Assembly (NCBI GenBank): GCA_964016885.1
Contig: OZ024740.1
Span: forward strand, 202,306,001-202,370,000
Direction of reading: 5' to 3'
Origin: Eledone cirrhosa
Lineage: Eukaryota
Length of the DNA: 64,000 nt
Shown: positions 24,411 to 38,136 of the stretch, piece after piece
Position numbering within the stretch: the stretch's first letter is position 1
Layout of the letters: every line of letters starts with the position of its first letter
Notes under the pieces: generated by a model
What the model saw: only the letters and a program-made list of their open reading frames with translations
Told to the model about the DNA's origin: nothing
Databases searched by the model: none
Position numbers and translations under genes: made by a program

Positions 24411-27400
24411 ATTCACCTCATATATATATATATATATATATATATACAGTGACCTTTTTTACCTGCCAAAATCTATCATTGTCAAATAGGTTGATAATAA
24501 ATCCCAGATGTTGTACTGTTGGTCAAGTTCATCTTGTTTCATTCTCTCATTCCTCTACCCTAGATAATAACCATCTCACCTGACAAATACTTGTGCATTG
24601 TCCAATCTTCATTAGAAATACTAATCTGTGTTATCTCTGCACTATTATATAATTGGAGAGCCTGTATACAGCCATTAATTAACATGCTAAAAACAACAGC
24701 CAAATCTCCTCAAACCACTACTCATTGTCTTAAAAACAGAAGGAAGCATGAAAGCAATAAAAAGAAGTCTAGCAAAATGAGTTGAAGATATAATTAATTT
24801 GGATAAGATGCAAATTTTATTTGCATAAGGACATACCAGAAATTATAAATATCTGATGTAATTGCAAGAGTAATTAATAATAAACAACTCAATCTTGTAT
24901 TTGTTGGTTTGGAACTGGTATTATCATTTAATGTCCACTTTCCATGTTGGTATGTGTTGGATAGCTTGTGATTAGAAAAGTAAGAGAGACCACATCTTGC
25001 TTATATGTTCCATATTTTGGCATGGTTTCTATGAGTGGATGCCCTTATAACACCACCCACTTTACAGAGTGTTCTGGGTGCATTTAATCATGACTACTAC
25101 TTCAGAGTGTAGCGGTTGCATTTTATCATGGCTCCAGCACTACCACTTCAGAATGTACTGAGTGCATTTTATCATGGTATCAACATTAGAGAGGTTGTCA
25201 AAATCCTTGACAGGACACCCTGCATTGTCTTGATAGACAGAAGTCCTTACATAGCAGATACGATTTTAAACAGAGTTTTCAGTTAATTCTGTTGATACTA
25301 ACTCATCTGAAATTACCCCATGGTTCCATGATACAAAACTATTTTATTTAAAATGTTTATATTTACCAGAAAATCTTTAATCATAATTTTATGTAAGAAC
25401 CTTTAAATTATGTTCTATCCTGGGGCTAAAGAACAACAACCACTTCATTCTGAAATGGTGATAGACTTATATGGAATTTCTTGTTCCAAACTAAAGTGTA
25501 AAGATTCCAGAGGAAATAGGGAATTCTGTTAATGGAAACAGTTTTAAACTGGAGTAGAATAAACGATCTCACACACACACACATATCTACAAGTGTGCAT
25601 ACATACACACACACACATCTACAAGCATGCATACACACACACACATATCTATAAATGTGCACACACATCTACAAGCATGCATATACATACACACATATCT
25701 ATAAGCGTGCATACATACACACACACATATCTACAAGCGTGCATACATACATATCTACAAGCATGCATACATACACACACATATATACAAGTGTGCAAAC
25801 ACACACCTATCTACAAGCGTACATATACATACACACACATATCTACAAGCATGTATGCACATACAGACATATATATATAAAAGTACACACACACACATTT
25901 ACACACGCGCATATCCTCATCCCTTACATTCATGCTTACATATACACATGTATACGGACCTAGACATACACACACTCACACATACATATATTTACGCACA
26001 AAATGGAAGTCATTCAACGGCATATGGTGATTGTTGGAATGTAAATATTTAAAATTCCCAGATGTATAAATAAGGTCAGAATCATTAGGAGATCGGAGAA
26101 AATGTTTTGTGGTATTTATTCCAGCGCTCTTTGTTCAGAGTTCAAATCCTGCTAAAGCCAGCTTTGTATTTCATCCTTTTGGAGTTGAGAAAAAGAGAAA
26201 AAAAAAAATGTACCAGTTAAATACTAGGGTCAATTCTTTCTTTCTCCCTGGAAGAAATTGGTTGAGGTGTAATTGGAGAGAGGTGTAAAACATCCAAGAC
26301 ACACTGTCAAGATAGCAACCCTAGGACACCATTAGAAGTTAAGTGGTCAATGAGTGATTTGTATAGATGGTGACAAATTGGTAGTCATTAGTGCAGTATT
26401 TGTTCCTGCTCCCTGTACTCTAAGTTCAACTCTAACTTTCACTCTTTTGATGTTGATAAAATAAAGTACCAGTCCAGAGTAGTGGATTGGTGGAAATTTT
26501 AGAATGCCAGATAAGATGTCTTGGAGTATTTGTTCCTGCTTTTTGCATTCTGAGTTCAAATCCTGTTGTGACCTACTAGTGTGGTAGACTTAATCCATCA
26601 TGTAGTTTAACACCACTACATGGTCTTGGGTGCCTTTAGTGGTGTCTATTCTGTTGCAAGCTGTTGGACCAGGTCGTTGACAATACTTTCCACTGTCCTA
26701 GCTGTCTTGGATGATCTCCAAAAGTTCATGGGAATTGCTCATCCTTCCCTGACTAAACGGAAAAACATTATTAATTGATATACTCTGTGATTGCCCCTAA
26801 TAAAACCATGATTGCTCCTAATAAAACCTTTTCTTGTTACATGTGGGACTAACTACAATATCTCACACTAACATTCTGCTGTGTGACTTAATGTTAACAT
26901 ACAGCTTGCCCACAGCGTATACAGTTAATTGGTTCCTCAACACACTTTGTTATTAAAAAAAACTGTGTATATTGGAGACCGTTATATAAAAGTGTCCATG
27001 TCTATTGATACTCTGGAGGAAGCATAACATCAGGTTCTCTGGAAGTTGAGATAGCAGTAAGTGTTCAGAGTTTTCTCCCTTACACTAGGTGATGTATTTT
27101 CATGTGGAACAGGATGTTAAGAGTTTTACAGCTATTTTGAATTAAGAAAAAAGAAATCTCTGACTGCATATGTTCAAAACCATAAGATGTGAGCCTACTG
27201 TATATGCTTTGACCATTTTGATACTAACCTGGCCAAAACGGGCTTCGGTTCTATGAAACAAGCAACCCATTTAAAAGAATTTCTGTTTAAATTGTTTTCT
27301 AACATAATTTTATATAAGAACCATTTGTTACTGATAATTGTTTCTGCTTTAGGCACAAGGCCATCAATTTGAAGGGGATGGGAAAATCAATTAAATCGAC

Positions 27401-27921
27401 TCCAGTACATTACTGGTGCTTTATTTTATCAAACCTGTAAGGATGAAAGGCAAAGCTAACCTCGACAGGATTTGAACTCAGAACGTAAAGGGTTGTTTCT
27501 CTATGCTACAAAGCATATTGTCCGACGCTCTATTGATACTAATAATAAAATGTTTATTAATTTTCGAAAATCCCTCCAAATTCTTCATTAATCAATTGAA
27601 ATACAGTGTGTCATTAGAAATATAACAAAATGGTTAAATATATCTCATAGTGCGATAACAATATATTATAGAAGATTAAGTTTAATCAGTTGAACTGCTT
27701 TAAACAACAGCTGATGTTGTTATATCAACAGCCCCCCCCCCCCCCCCCCACCCCACACACACACTCATTTCAACAGCTGATGTTGTTATGTCAGCTCTAC
27801 GTATGTACTGTTAGTTGACTCGGCTTATCTTTCTCTTCTTAGTGTGTATTTTTAGATTAGAAAACAACTTATGTCCAGATAATACAATGATACTGCAAGA
27901 ACAGAATTATTGTAAAGAAAA

Positions 27922-28320
27922 TCTTCTTCGCCCACTTATTCCTGAGAGGCTTGTGGGGGCAGAGTCCTCAAACACACCTTCCAGCGGATCCTGTCAGAAG
28001 CAACTATCTCCAACTAACCTGGCTGGATCCCCAAGCGAGACCAACCAAGCTCATGGATGTTATCCAACCATCTTGTTCGGGGTCTACCCCTGGGTCTCTT
28101 GCCGGTTGGTTTTGCTCATAAAATCTGTCCAGTGATTCATTCCTGAGACATTCTAACCACATGGCCATAGTATCGGAGCTGTGATCTTTCAATTTGCAGA
28201 AGCAGCGGCTCTACCAAGAGTGACTCTCTGACCTCCGAGCTACACACTCTATCGAGTAACGTTACTTTAAGGACCCTTCGGAGGAACCCCATTTCGGTCG
28301 CTTGTATTTGTCATTACCCA
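27922..28320 (-). mobile_element. 3' end of a second RTE-type family, (GAA)n tail
   Basis: Minus strand ERSQLRYYGHVVRM...KRPRGRPRTRW. Homologous copies at 15241-15480 and 49974-50320. Confidence 0.78.
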
Positions 28321-29212
28321 AGAGAAAATATGTTTAAGTTAATGAAGTTATGATGAATCTATACAAATAAAAGTGATCGATTTGGGGATATTTGTTCAAA
28401 TCATGCTGAGGTCTACTTTGCCTTTCATCCTTTCGAGTTGATAAAGAAAGTACCTGTCCAGCATTGGTGCAGACTTCTGATGTCCTTGACAGAAATCTCA
28501 CTGGACAAAAGAATAAAACAAAATAAACACAATAAGAAATAATATAGTAGTTGAATATATCGTTTTAGTTTGTTCTTTAACATGTAAATAATATTTAATA
28601 ATGTTAGTTATTGAACATTATATATAGATTTTGTTTTATATTTTTATGTTTTACTATTTGGGGATTTTATCCAGTTGGAGTTGGGATACACATACATACA
28701 TAGACACATTCATGCGCACACACTCGCGTGCACACATGCACAGACACAGGATTACACACCTGAGTTGTCAAATTTATTTTTCGTCATAATGGTTTCTATT
28801 TTACTGTTACTTCATGATCCTATCTCTCACAATGGTTAATATGTTACCCTGGGGGATAGTGAGGGTGATGCACAGAAAAAGTCAGTTCACCTCCCAGGGC
28901 TTGCAGATGGCTAGCTCCATTCTAATCACAGTAGGGAGGACGCACACACACACACACACACCAAAACACACACACACACACAAAGCCAGATGTTTCCACC
29001 ATTATAGGCTTGATGTGAAACCTATTTGAGAGCATTTGGTACTTTGTCAGCTTGTCATCTTCAGCCTGTCAGGTTAGTAAATTGTAAACACAGTACCTGA
29101 ATTGAACTAATGAACTGCTATTGTACTACAAGACTATTTGTTGGCTTTCAAACACCAATGGAGATTTATGTCGGAAATATTGGATTTTTTTCTTATTTTT
29201 AATCTAGATTTT

Positions 29213-29477
29213 TTAACCCTTTTGATACCAAATTACCTAAAACCAGCCCTGGCTCTATCATACAAAAGCTGTTTATTTTATGATATTTATATTTATCTAA
29301 AAACTGGTCATCGTAATTTTATCTATGAACCTTAGTTAAGTTAGGTTCCAAACACTAGCTTAATAACCACAAAGTCACTTATATTACTTAATCCTTCCAA
29401 ATTCTTGATTATTTTCAAAAAGATTTGAAAATTATAGGTAGTGTCTTTCATTAGAAATATGGTAACAGAAGGGTTAA
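29213..29477. mobile_element. piggyBac-type MITE
   Basis: TTAA|cccttttgatacca ... tggtaacagaaggg|TTAA. Related copies near 11500-11660, 27200-27660 and 41890-42305. Confidence 0.75.
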
Positions 29478-29658
29478 ACCAAAAATAAAAACAAAAAAAT
29501 AATATTCTGTGATAGAAAACAGCCTTTATCTTCAGACAAGCATCCTGAAATATTGCTGAACCAATCTTCCCCAAGATGTTTTATATGCGTGTATCACCAT
29601 TGTTATGAAATCAAGCCAAATGTAGGTGAATTATAAACTGAATTTTCACCAATTTCAG

Positions 29659-29769
29659 GGTGTAACTGATTTTGTTAGTTCTTGTAACAAATCTGTTATA
29701 AATGTGGTTGCTTCAGCGGGTAGTAAAGTTGTGGACGTTGGTTCAAAACTGATGAATGCCTGTATGTCG
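29659..29769 (+). CDS. Candidate cassette exon of HSL (37-aa amphipathic insert)
   Basis: aattttcaccaatttcag acceptor, tcg|gtaagt donor, 111 nt, stop-free, phase 0-0 like the host intron. Encodes GVTDFVSSCNKSVINVVASAGSKVVDVGSKLMNACMS. No counterpart in vertebrate HSL that I recognise. Confidence 0.6.
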
Positions 29770-29882
29770 GTAAGTTTGTCATTGTTCTTGGTTGGTGTCT
29801 ATACAACATTTTTTATACACTCACTCAGTCCCCAAGTGTCTTTGTAGTAAACATTGTATGTATATATGTATGTATGTATATA

Positions 29883-29925
<43 letters not shown>

Positions 29926-29932
<7 letters not shown>

Positions 29933-30240
29933 TATCATTGCCAACAGAAGTAATAAAACACTGTTTATTACTTGAATAAAAGAATAAAATATTAAAACAT
30001 TGTTTATACTTTGAGTCTAGCCCTTTCATCCATCAAAGAGACTTATCAAGATATAAAGTTAGTTGTTGTCAAACTTCTTTTAACAACAATGAATATATTT
30101 TGATAAGCCCCTTTGATGAATGAAAGTGCTAGATTCTAAGTTTAAACAATATTATAATACTATATATATATATATATATATATATATTTTATTTAAGTGA
30201 TAAACAATGTTTAATTACTTCTTCTGACAATGATATTTTA
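29926..30240. repeat. Older, diverged fold-back cassette in (TA)n
   Basis: tatcattgccaacagaagtaat.. pairs with ..attacttcttctgacaatgata; both arms contain TTGATAA...GAAA. Confidence 0.75.
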
Positions 30241-30470
30241 TTCTGTACACTACTGAAGTCATATATATATATATATATACCAAATATACTCGTGTACAAG
30301 TAGCACCTTTTTCTATAAAAATATGTGAAAAAATCAACTTATTTACTGCACCTACAGAACATCAGTTCAAATTACATTGTAAATGTTGTATATAAAATGG
30401 TGATCTATCTACCACAATGCATTTTTATACACGAGTATATACGATATATAAGTGTGTGTATAAGTGTGTC

Positions 30471-30522
<52 letters not shown>

Positions 30523-30614
30523 CTCACTATTTTATACACCTATTGTCAATATAATTTACTTGATGTGCATGGCTTCTACACCCGCTTGCTTTTATTCTCA
30601 TCTAGCACTTTGTA

Positions 30615-31520
30615 AAATTTCTAGCCCTCTTAGATAGACACTTCCCCATAGGTCATAAATACCGCTCCATCTTTAACCGACACAAAGTTAAACTAGGATA
30701 CTCCTGCGCTAAGAACATGAAGGCCCATATCACCAGCAGCCCTAGGAGCAATACCCCACCAGGGTGCTCTTGCCGTAAGCCTGAAGCTTGCTCCCTTCAA
30801 CAGCAATGCAACACACCAGCTGTAATCTATGAAGCTGTGGTCACTTCCAACCGACCAAACGAACCACAGGAGGTCAAATCCTATGTGGGTATGGCGGAGG
30901 GCCGATTCAAGGAGCGTTTCCTGAACCACCAGTCTACCTTCAGATACCCGGACAGTCGTTCATCCACAAAATTTGCGAGCCACGTATGGTCCCTCAAGGA
31001 CTCAAGTATAGGCTACTCCATTCAATGGAAAGCCATCACTAAGTCCAAGCCATACGCAAGGGGAAATACGACGTGTGGCTTATGTATTGACGAACGAATA
31101 ACTATCCTAAAGAGATTACGCAATAGTGATTGCCTAAACACGAGAAGTGAATTTTTCACACGTTGTCCACACGTCACCAAACATCTATTGCATAACTACA
31201 AGGCTCCGGACTGATTCTTTGTAATTTTATTTTTAATTCTTTTTATTTTATTTTCAACCTAAAAACTTTCTGGACTTTCGCAGTTATCTCCCTTACACCT
31301 CCCGCACGCAGTCTAGTATTGCCTGTATGAAGTGACCGAGTTTCTGCGCGTTCGTACGGTTGTCCTTCCTGTTCCTATAACCATACACATCCCGAGCTGA
31401 AGATCTGCGAAGGTGAAACAATTGTTCTTGGTATGGTGAACTAACTGTTGTGTAACCACTTCTACCTAACTCCTCCCTTGGACTGAGTGCTCTACCACTA
31501 CGGATATTACCTTCCAGTGT
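30615..31520 (+). mobile_element. 5'-truncated Penelope-like element (GIY-YIG end + 3' hammerhead)
   Basis: KFLALLDRHFP...IFNRHKVKLGYSC...CSCRKPEAC...VIYEAVV...SYVGMAEGRFKERFLNH...CGLC...LNTRSE. Hammerhead at 31392. Ends at a (TA)n tract. Confidence 0.88.
31381..31436 (+). ncRNA. Minimal hammerhead motif at PLE 3' end
   Basis: ccatac..ccgag CTGAAGA tctgcgaaggt GAAA caattg TT cttgg tatgg. Confidence 0.7.
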
Positions 31521-32180
31521 TCCACCACTATATTATATATATATATATATATATATGGCTGAAAAATTCTAGGATTTATAAAATGGCCTCCTTGTCCCTC
31601 TTAATCTTTACCCCACCCCCCCATATCGTATTACGCGCCTGCTGGTTCACCCTTTCAATCACTCCCTTCTCTCACCAAATATAAATAAACCTGTTACGAG
31701 GTACGAATCTCAGAAATTGTCAACGCTTATTGATGGCCAGACCTGCCCCCCCCCCCCCCCCCCCCCCGAACGAAATGTAATGTAAAATGCCATTTTTTTT
31801 CTTGTCTCTCCAGCCTCTCGGTCCATTCATTCATATATCTGTATCATCGCTCAGAATCCAATCTTTTGCTCTCTCTCAATGCTATTCTATAATTCAGTCT
31901 GGTTGTTCTAAATAATGTTCTTGTATTTTAAAATCACATTATTCGCTTATTATTACTGTTATATGCTTGTCCAATTATGCCCAAAATTCGAAGATTTTAT
32001 TTAAACCCTCTTGCTAACTACCCCATACCTCTCCCACCTGCCCCCACTCTCCACCATTATTATTAGGACCAATCATAAGTCAGCGGCCTATGCTATCACT
32101 TCTGGTTGCTTTTCGATATGATGGATGGACTAAGGAATTCTGGAGAGTCTGAAAAATTTGGACACTCAGTGACAATGCCA

Positions 32181-33646
32181 AAGATAAAGACAAATTCACC
32201 TCATGCTGCCGGACGAAAAGGCAAGGACTCCCCCTCTTTGTTTCGGCCGCGGATGGCCAACATAACAGAGGAGTTCAAGACCGGCTGCCCATGGGAACTC
32301 CTATATGCAGATGATCTAACGCTCATAGCTGAATCAATGGCCGAGCTAGAGAAGAAATTCCAAACATGGAAGCACGGCCTAGAATCAAAAGGCCTTAAAA
32401 TTAACCTGGCTAAGACTAAAGTTCTAGTTTGTAAGAAAGAAAATAAGGCGGCGGTCCCCTCCGGGAAGTGGCCATGCGCAGAGTGTAGGAAAGGCGTAGG
32501 TAGAAATTCCATTTTGTGTCCCAAATGCAAAGTTTGGGTGCATAAAAGATGTAGTGGGATCACAGGTAAGCTAACTAAGAACATAGATTTTACATGTGGC
32601 CGGTGTTCTGGGGCAATAAGTAGCAGCAAGTGCCCATAAATACTAGCTCTTTCAACTGCGCAGAGGGTTCTATAGAAATAGTGGACAGCTTCTGTTACCT
32701 GGGTGACAAAATCAGCAGTGGGGGAGGGTGCTCTGAAAGTACAGTAGCTAGAGTCAGAACTGGGTGGAAAAAGTTCAGAGAGCTTATACCACTATTAGCC
32801 GCTAAAGGGTTCTCCCTAAAAATGAAAGGCAGGCTGTACGATGCCTGCATACGAACAGCAATGTTGCATGGCAGTGAGACCTGGGCATTGTGTGCAGAGG
32901 ATATACGCAGACTAGAGAGGAACGAAGCTTGCATGCTCCGCTGGATGTGTAATAGTAATATACGTGAACGACAAAGCATAAACGAACTAAGGAAAAAATT
33001 AGAAATAAGAGGGATCAGATGTTGTTTACTAGAGAGAAGGCTACGTTGGTATGGTCACGTGATGCGCATGAAGGACGATAGCTGTATAACAAAGTGCAGG
33101 GCAATAAAGATAGACGGTAGCCACGGAATAGGCAGACCCAGAAAAACCTGGGACGAGCTGATAAACTCCGACCTCACACACTTACACCTCACCAAGACAA
33201 TGTCACTGGACCGAGACCTTTGGCGGTACTCAGTAATAGAGAAGACCCGCCTTACCTAAATACAAAGTAAAACCTACTACAGTCAGTAGGCATCTCTAAC
33301 AAAATACACCCCCGTCCCACCACCCCCACCCCATCCACACCGCCCCCTTCTATGTAAAGTTATGTTGGTGCCACACCATCCAGGCCGAAACAAATGAGAT
33401 CGTGTAGGTGTCACGACAAAAAAACACACAGTCCACGCTGTAATGTGGCCGTGTAGGCAACACGGTAAAAACCTCCCAGACCCACACTGTAAATGTGGTT
33501 GGTGTTAGGAAGGGCATCCAACTGTAGAAAACCTGCCAGACAGTCCTATGCGAGCAAGACAATCACTCTTGCCTCAAGTGGGAAAACCCCCGTCCAAACC
33601 CATGCAAGCGTGGAACACGGACGTTAAACGTTGATGATGATGATGA
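32181..33646 (+). mobile_element. RTE-clade LINE, internally deleted copy
   Basis: The 5' end (..FRPRMANIT) is joined to the RT C-terminus (EEFKTGCPWELLYADD), followed by a Cys-rich insert, MLHGSETW, RRLRWYGHV, GRPRKTW, the 3' UTR and a (TGA)n tail. Confidence 0.92.
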
Positions 33647-33649
33647 TAT

Positions 33650-33686
<37 letters not shown>

Positions 33687-34808
33687 TATATTATATATAT
33701 ATTATATTATATATTATATTATTTATATTATATTATATATATATATATATATATATATTATATTATATTATATTATATATATTATATATATATTATATTA
33801 TATATATATTATAATATATATATTATATATATATTATAATATATATATTATATATATATTATAATATATATATTATATATATATTATATTATATATATTA
33901 TATTATATATATTATATATATATTATATTATATTATATATATATTATATTATATATATATTATATTATATATATTATATATATTATATATATATTATATT
34001 ATATATATATATATTATATATTATATATATTATATTATATATTATATATATTATATTATATATATATATATCATATATATTATATTATATATATATATAT
34101 CATATATATTATATTATATATATATATATATATTATATATATTATATATATATATATATATTATATATATTATATTATATATATATATTATATATATTAT
34201 ATATTATATTATATTATATATATTATATATATTATATTATATATATTATATATATTATATATATTATATTATATATATTATATTATATATATATTATATT
34301 ATATATATTATATTATATATATTATATATATATTATATTATATATATTATATTATATATATTATATTATATATATTATATTATATATATTATATATATAT
34401 TATATTATATATATTATATATATATTATATTATATATATATTATATTATATATATATGATATTATATATATATGATATTATATATATATATTATATTATA
34501 TATATTATATATATATTATATTATATATATATTATATATCTTCTATACATATTATATTATATATATTATATATATATTATATATATATTATATTATATAT
34601 ATATTATATTATATATATTATATATATATTATATTATATATTATATTATATTTATATTATATTATATATATTATATATATATTATATTATATTATATATA
34701 TATTATATATATATTATATTATATATATATTATATATATATTATATATATATTATATTATATATATATTATATATATATTACATTATATTTATTATATAT
34801 ATTATATA
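33647..34808. repeat. TA/TTA microsatellite tract
   Basis: About 1.2 kb almost exclusively A/T. Confidence 0.97.
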
Positions 34809-35000
34809 CATATGTTTGATTTTTGGAAGTAGTTTCTCATGAATCTACTCACGATCAACTGGATGATATCAAATCAGAACAACATGACAGTAAATCATTT
34901 GTTGATTGTAAAGAGCAGGGGTTTTGAATCTTTATCTTCTCACCTTTTAGTGTGTTACTGATACTGTCTAGGTGTGTTGTGATACTTTAGTGTGTTGTGA

Positions 35001-35655
35001 CCCATTAGTGTGTCACCACTAATCTTTAGGTGTGCCCCCGAGCCTTTAGTGTGCCACCAATAATTTTTAGGTCTGCCCTGACCCATTAGTGTGTCGCCAA
35101 TAATCTTTAGGTGTGCCCTGACCCATTAGTGTGTCGCCAATAATCTTTAGGTGTGCCCTGACCCATTAGTGTGTCGCCAATAATCTTTAGGTGTGCCCTA
35201 ACCCATTAGTGTGTCGCCAATAATCTTTAGGTGTGCCCTGACCCATTAGTGTGTCGCCAATAATCTTTAGGTGTGCCCTGACCCATTAGTGTGTCGCCAA
35301 TAATCTTTAGGTGTGCCCTGACCCATTAGTGTGTCGCCAATAATCTTTAGGTGTGCCCTGACCCATTAGTGTGTCGCCAATAATCTTTAGGTGTGCCCTA
35401 ACCCATTAGTGTGTCGCCAATAATCTTTAGGTGTGCTCTGACCTATTAGTGTGTCGCCAATAATCTTTAGGTGTGCCCTGATTCATTAGTGTGCCACCAA
35501 CAATCTTTAGGTGTGCCCTAACCCATTAGTGTGTCGCCAATAATCTTTAGGTGTGCCCTGACCCATTAGTGTGTCGCCAATAATATTTAGGTCTGCCCTG
35601 ACCCATTAGTGTGTCGCCAATAATCTTTAGGTGTGCCCTGACCCATTAGTGTGTC
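35001..35655. repeat. 40-bp minisatellite, about 16 copies
   Basis: Unit acccattagtgtgtcgccaataatctttaggtgtgccctg, built from two related 20-mers, with degenerate flanks. Confidence 0.95.
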
Positions 35656-36477
35656 ATCAGTGATCTATAGCTGTGTCGCTGATAACTTGTGTGTTTTTGA
35701 AAATCTCTGGGTATGCTGTAACACTTTAGTGTGTCACCAATAATCTCTATGTGCATCATGACACTTTAATGTATCGCTAATAATCTATAGTTGTGTTGTG
35801 ACATTCTAGTCCAGTAATTTCTAGGTATTTCACAAAATTAAGTGAAATCTGATCAGTTTTCACAAATATTAATTAGATATGTAGTATGATAGTTGTTTGT
35901 TTGAAATAAAGTAGTGCTGGTGCCACCATAAAATCCACTCAGCCTATACTGTAAAGTTGTAGTGCTGGTGTCATGAGAAGAAGCACCCTGTCTTCTCTGT
36001 ACACTCTTTAAAGAAGTTAGGAAGGGCATCTAGCAATAGAAACCACACCAAACAAAGGACTAAAAGGACTCTTCAGTTGTATCAAGGACATAACCATTTT
36101 TCTAATGATGGTACCACAATAAAATGCACCTAGTACACCCAGTAAAGTTGTTGATGATAGGAAAGGCATTCAGCTGTAGAAACGATGCCAAAATCCGAAT
36201 GTGTGTGAGATGTGGTATCTGGTCCGTTTAGGAGGACACTAGCTCTGATTAAATACTGATGTGGTCCCTGACGACCCTTTTGAATCATGCCAACATGAAA
36301 GAACAGATGTTAACTGATCTCAGCTCAAATGCCATTAGCATTGATTTTCATTTTATCTAAAGTTTACACTTCATTGATCTCAGCTCAACTCCTATTAGTG
36401 TTGACTTTGATTTTAATCATTCTATAGTGAAAGAAATAAACATTAGGATATATAAGTAATATGTAGAAATAATTAAC

Positions 36478-36710
36478 TAATATTGAGTGTAGATTAGTAA
36501 TAGTGTAGATTAGTGATACCTACTGAGTGTAGGTTAGTGATACCTACTGAGTGTAGGTTAGTAGTAAAATACTGAGTGTAAGTTAGTAGTAAAGTATTGA
36601 ATGTAGGTTACTAGTAAAGTACTGAGTGTAGGTTAGTAGTAAAGTATTGAGTGTAGGTTAGTAATAAACTGTTGAGTGTAGGTTAGTAGTAAAGAATTGA
36701 GTGTAGGTTA
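36478..36710. repeat. About 25-bp degenerate tandem repeat
   Basis: tactgagtgtaggttagtagtaaag; interrupted by a SINE at 36710-36890. Confidence 0.85.
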
Positions 36711-37490
36711 ATTATTTCTACTTTGGCACAAGGCCAGCAATTACCCCAGTGTGTTACTGGTTTTTTATTTTATCGACCTCGTAAGGATGAAAGGCAAAGT
36801 TAACCTCGGTGGGATTTGAATTCAGAACGTAAAGGGCCATAACTCTGCTGCAAAGCATGGTGTCTGACGCTCTACCAATGCTCCCAATTTACCTAAAGTA
36901 TTGAGTGTAGGTTAGAAGTAAATAGAAGTCAAGGAGATTGTTAGTGTTGGTCAACATTAGTAAAAATTGCATTTATTGATTTTAAAAGTAAAATTATTTA
37001 AATTGGTCTCTTATTGGGAATGGGAAATATCAATATTTCAGACACAAGTCTTTTATCAGAAAGAGAGAAAAAAACCCAGTCCTCACAGAGCAGTTATTTC
37101 CCTTCATTTGTTGATATTTGCTATTGTTACCACACCAGCTAAATACATAGCTTCCACTGTCCAACCCATGCCCAACCAATGATGATGATGATATCAGTTG
37201 TCACATGTAATCTCATATACACACGTGTATCGCTGTGTTTATGGTATTTTTCCTGGCCTCCAATGAAGTTGCATCACATAGATTTCTCAAGCATTTCAAT
37301 GGTAGGAACTCCAGTTTTATCATGAAAAGCAACATGTAGGTTTAACCCTTTAGCATTTATATTACTCTATATTTACTATTATATTTTCACAGTAAAGAGT
37401 TTATCTCACATAATATCGAATCTATGAGATTTTAGTGATAGTATTTTATATTTTGAGAACAATACCTTAATGTTGTTATGAGCGACCAGT

Positions 37491-38136
37491 TTGAACTGAA
37501 AGAGGGGAGAGAGTTCTGACCAGATATGACCGGTTTTAACAGAAAGAGGGGAGAGAGTTCTGACCAGATATGACCGGTTTTAACAGAAAGAGGGGAGAGA
37601 GTTCTGACCAGATATGACCGGTTTTAACAGAAAGAGAGGAGAGAGTTCTGACCAGATATGACCGGTTTTAACAGAAAGAGAGGAGAGAGTTCTGACCAGA
37701 TATGACCGGTTTTAACAGAAAGAGGGGAGAGAGTTCTGACCAGATATGACTGGTTTTAACAGAAAGAGGGGAGAGAGTTCTGACCAGATATGACCGGTTT
37801 TAACAGAAAGAGGGAAGAGAGTTCTGACCAGATATGACCGGTTTTAACAGAAAGAGGGGAGAGAGTTCTGACCAGATATGACCGGTTTTAACAGAAAGAG
37901 GGGAGAGAGTTCTGACCAGATATGACCGGTTTTAACAGAAAGAGGGGAGAGAGTTCTGACCAGATATGACTGGCTTTAACAGAAAAGGGGAGAGAGTTCC
38001 TACCAGATATGACCGGTTTTAACAGAAAGAGGGGAAAGAGTTCCTACCAGATATGACCGGTTTTAACAGAAAGAGGGGAGAGAGTTCTGGCCAGATATGA
38101 CCGGTTTTAACAGAAAGAGGAGAGAGAGTTCTGGCC
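37491..38136. repeat. 44-bp minisatellite, about 14 copies, derived from a MITE end
   Basis: Unit aacagaaagaggggagagagttctgaccagatatgaccggtttt. Confidence 0.95.

Noticed and set aside
34832-34928. Short coding-looking stretch (VSHESTHDQLDDIKSEQ...)
   Set aside because: No convincing acceptor, wrong phase for the HSL intron, ends in a stop.
35001-35655. CRISPR-like appearance of the 40-bp and 44-bp (37491-38136) arrays
   Set aside because: Units are head-to-tail with no unique spacers, there are no cas genes, and the context is eukaryotic.
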